Assembly: GCF_902713615.1 (NCBI RefSeq)
Contig: NC_052164.1
Location: forward strand, 40,349,091 to 40,413,090
From: Scyliorhinus canicula
Taxonomy: Eukaryota
Direction of reading: 5' to 3'
Length of the DNA: 64,000 nt
Shown piece by piece: positions 63,611 to 64,000 of the stretch (the stretch's first letter is position 1; each line of letters begins with the position of its first letter). The translations under genes were made by a program, and so were the position numbers. Below the pieces are notes generated by a model. It was not told the origin of the DNA and searched no databases. It was given only the letters and a program-made list of their open reading frames with translations.

Positions 63611-64000
63611 AAGAATCTTTTCCTGTCTGTCCCTCTCCCCCGTGACTCACTTGTAGATTCGCCTTGAATATCTGCAATGACCGAGGGGATTGCTTTTCTG
63701 GGGAAGCGAATGCCAAAGACTAATGAGCCGCTGAGACAAAGAGATTTGTCCTTACCTCCACCTTAAATGGCAGACTCTTTATTTTTAAACTGTGCACCTT
63801 AGACTTAGATCCTGCACAAGGGGGCATTCTCCATTCAGCCTGTATCCAGACAACCACCCTCATATTCTGAGATGTTTCAATAGATTCACCTCGAATTAGT
63901 TTGACCAGCACACCGGATGTTTTGAGATGATGTCATTGAGAGGTAGCATGTAGCTGAGAAATGGGAGAGGTCAAGGACTGATCCTTGGGGGACACCAGAG

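Overview
Vertebrate genomic DNA, almost certainly from an elasmobranch (dense HE1-type V-SINEs and shark-type LINE remnants). The window is a cluster of intron-containing type I interferon genes. I reconstructed four complete 4-exon/3-intron genes of two subtypes: A at 1969-5476, B at 14966-17098, A' at 25711-28773 and B' at 37877-40610. They encode 186-aa (A': 180-aa) 4-Cys proteins with a signal peptide and a CAWE motif. There is also an inverted pseudogene C (exons 3-4 only, minus strand) and two intact stand-alone exon-1 modules (22529, 61861), each with its own enhancer and promoter. The region is a ~23.7-kb tandem duplication plus an inverted unit. B-type promoters carry a kB/IRF-dense distal enhancer separated from the core promoter by a 2-18-copy minisatellite. 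Several Penelope-like retroelement ends carrying minimal hammerhead-ribozyme motifs are inserted as inverted-repeat cassettes, two of them inside IFN introns. The rest is degenerate L1, Rex1-like and CR1-like LINEs and SINEs, and most ORF-track entries are spurious. All coordinates were counted by hand; repeat boundaries are approximate.
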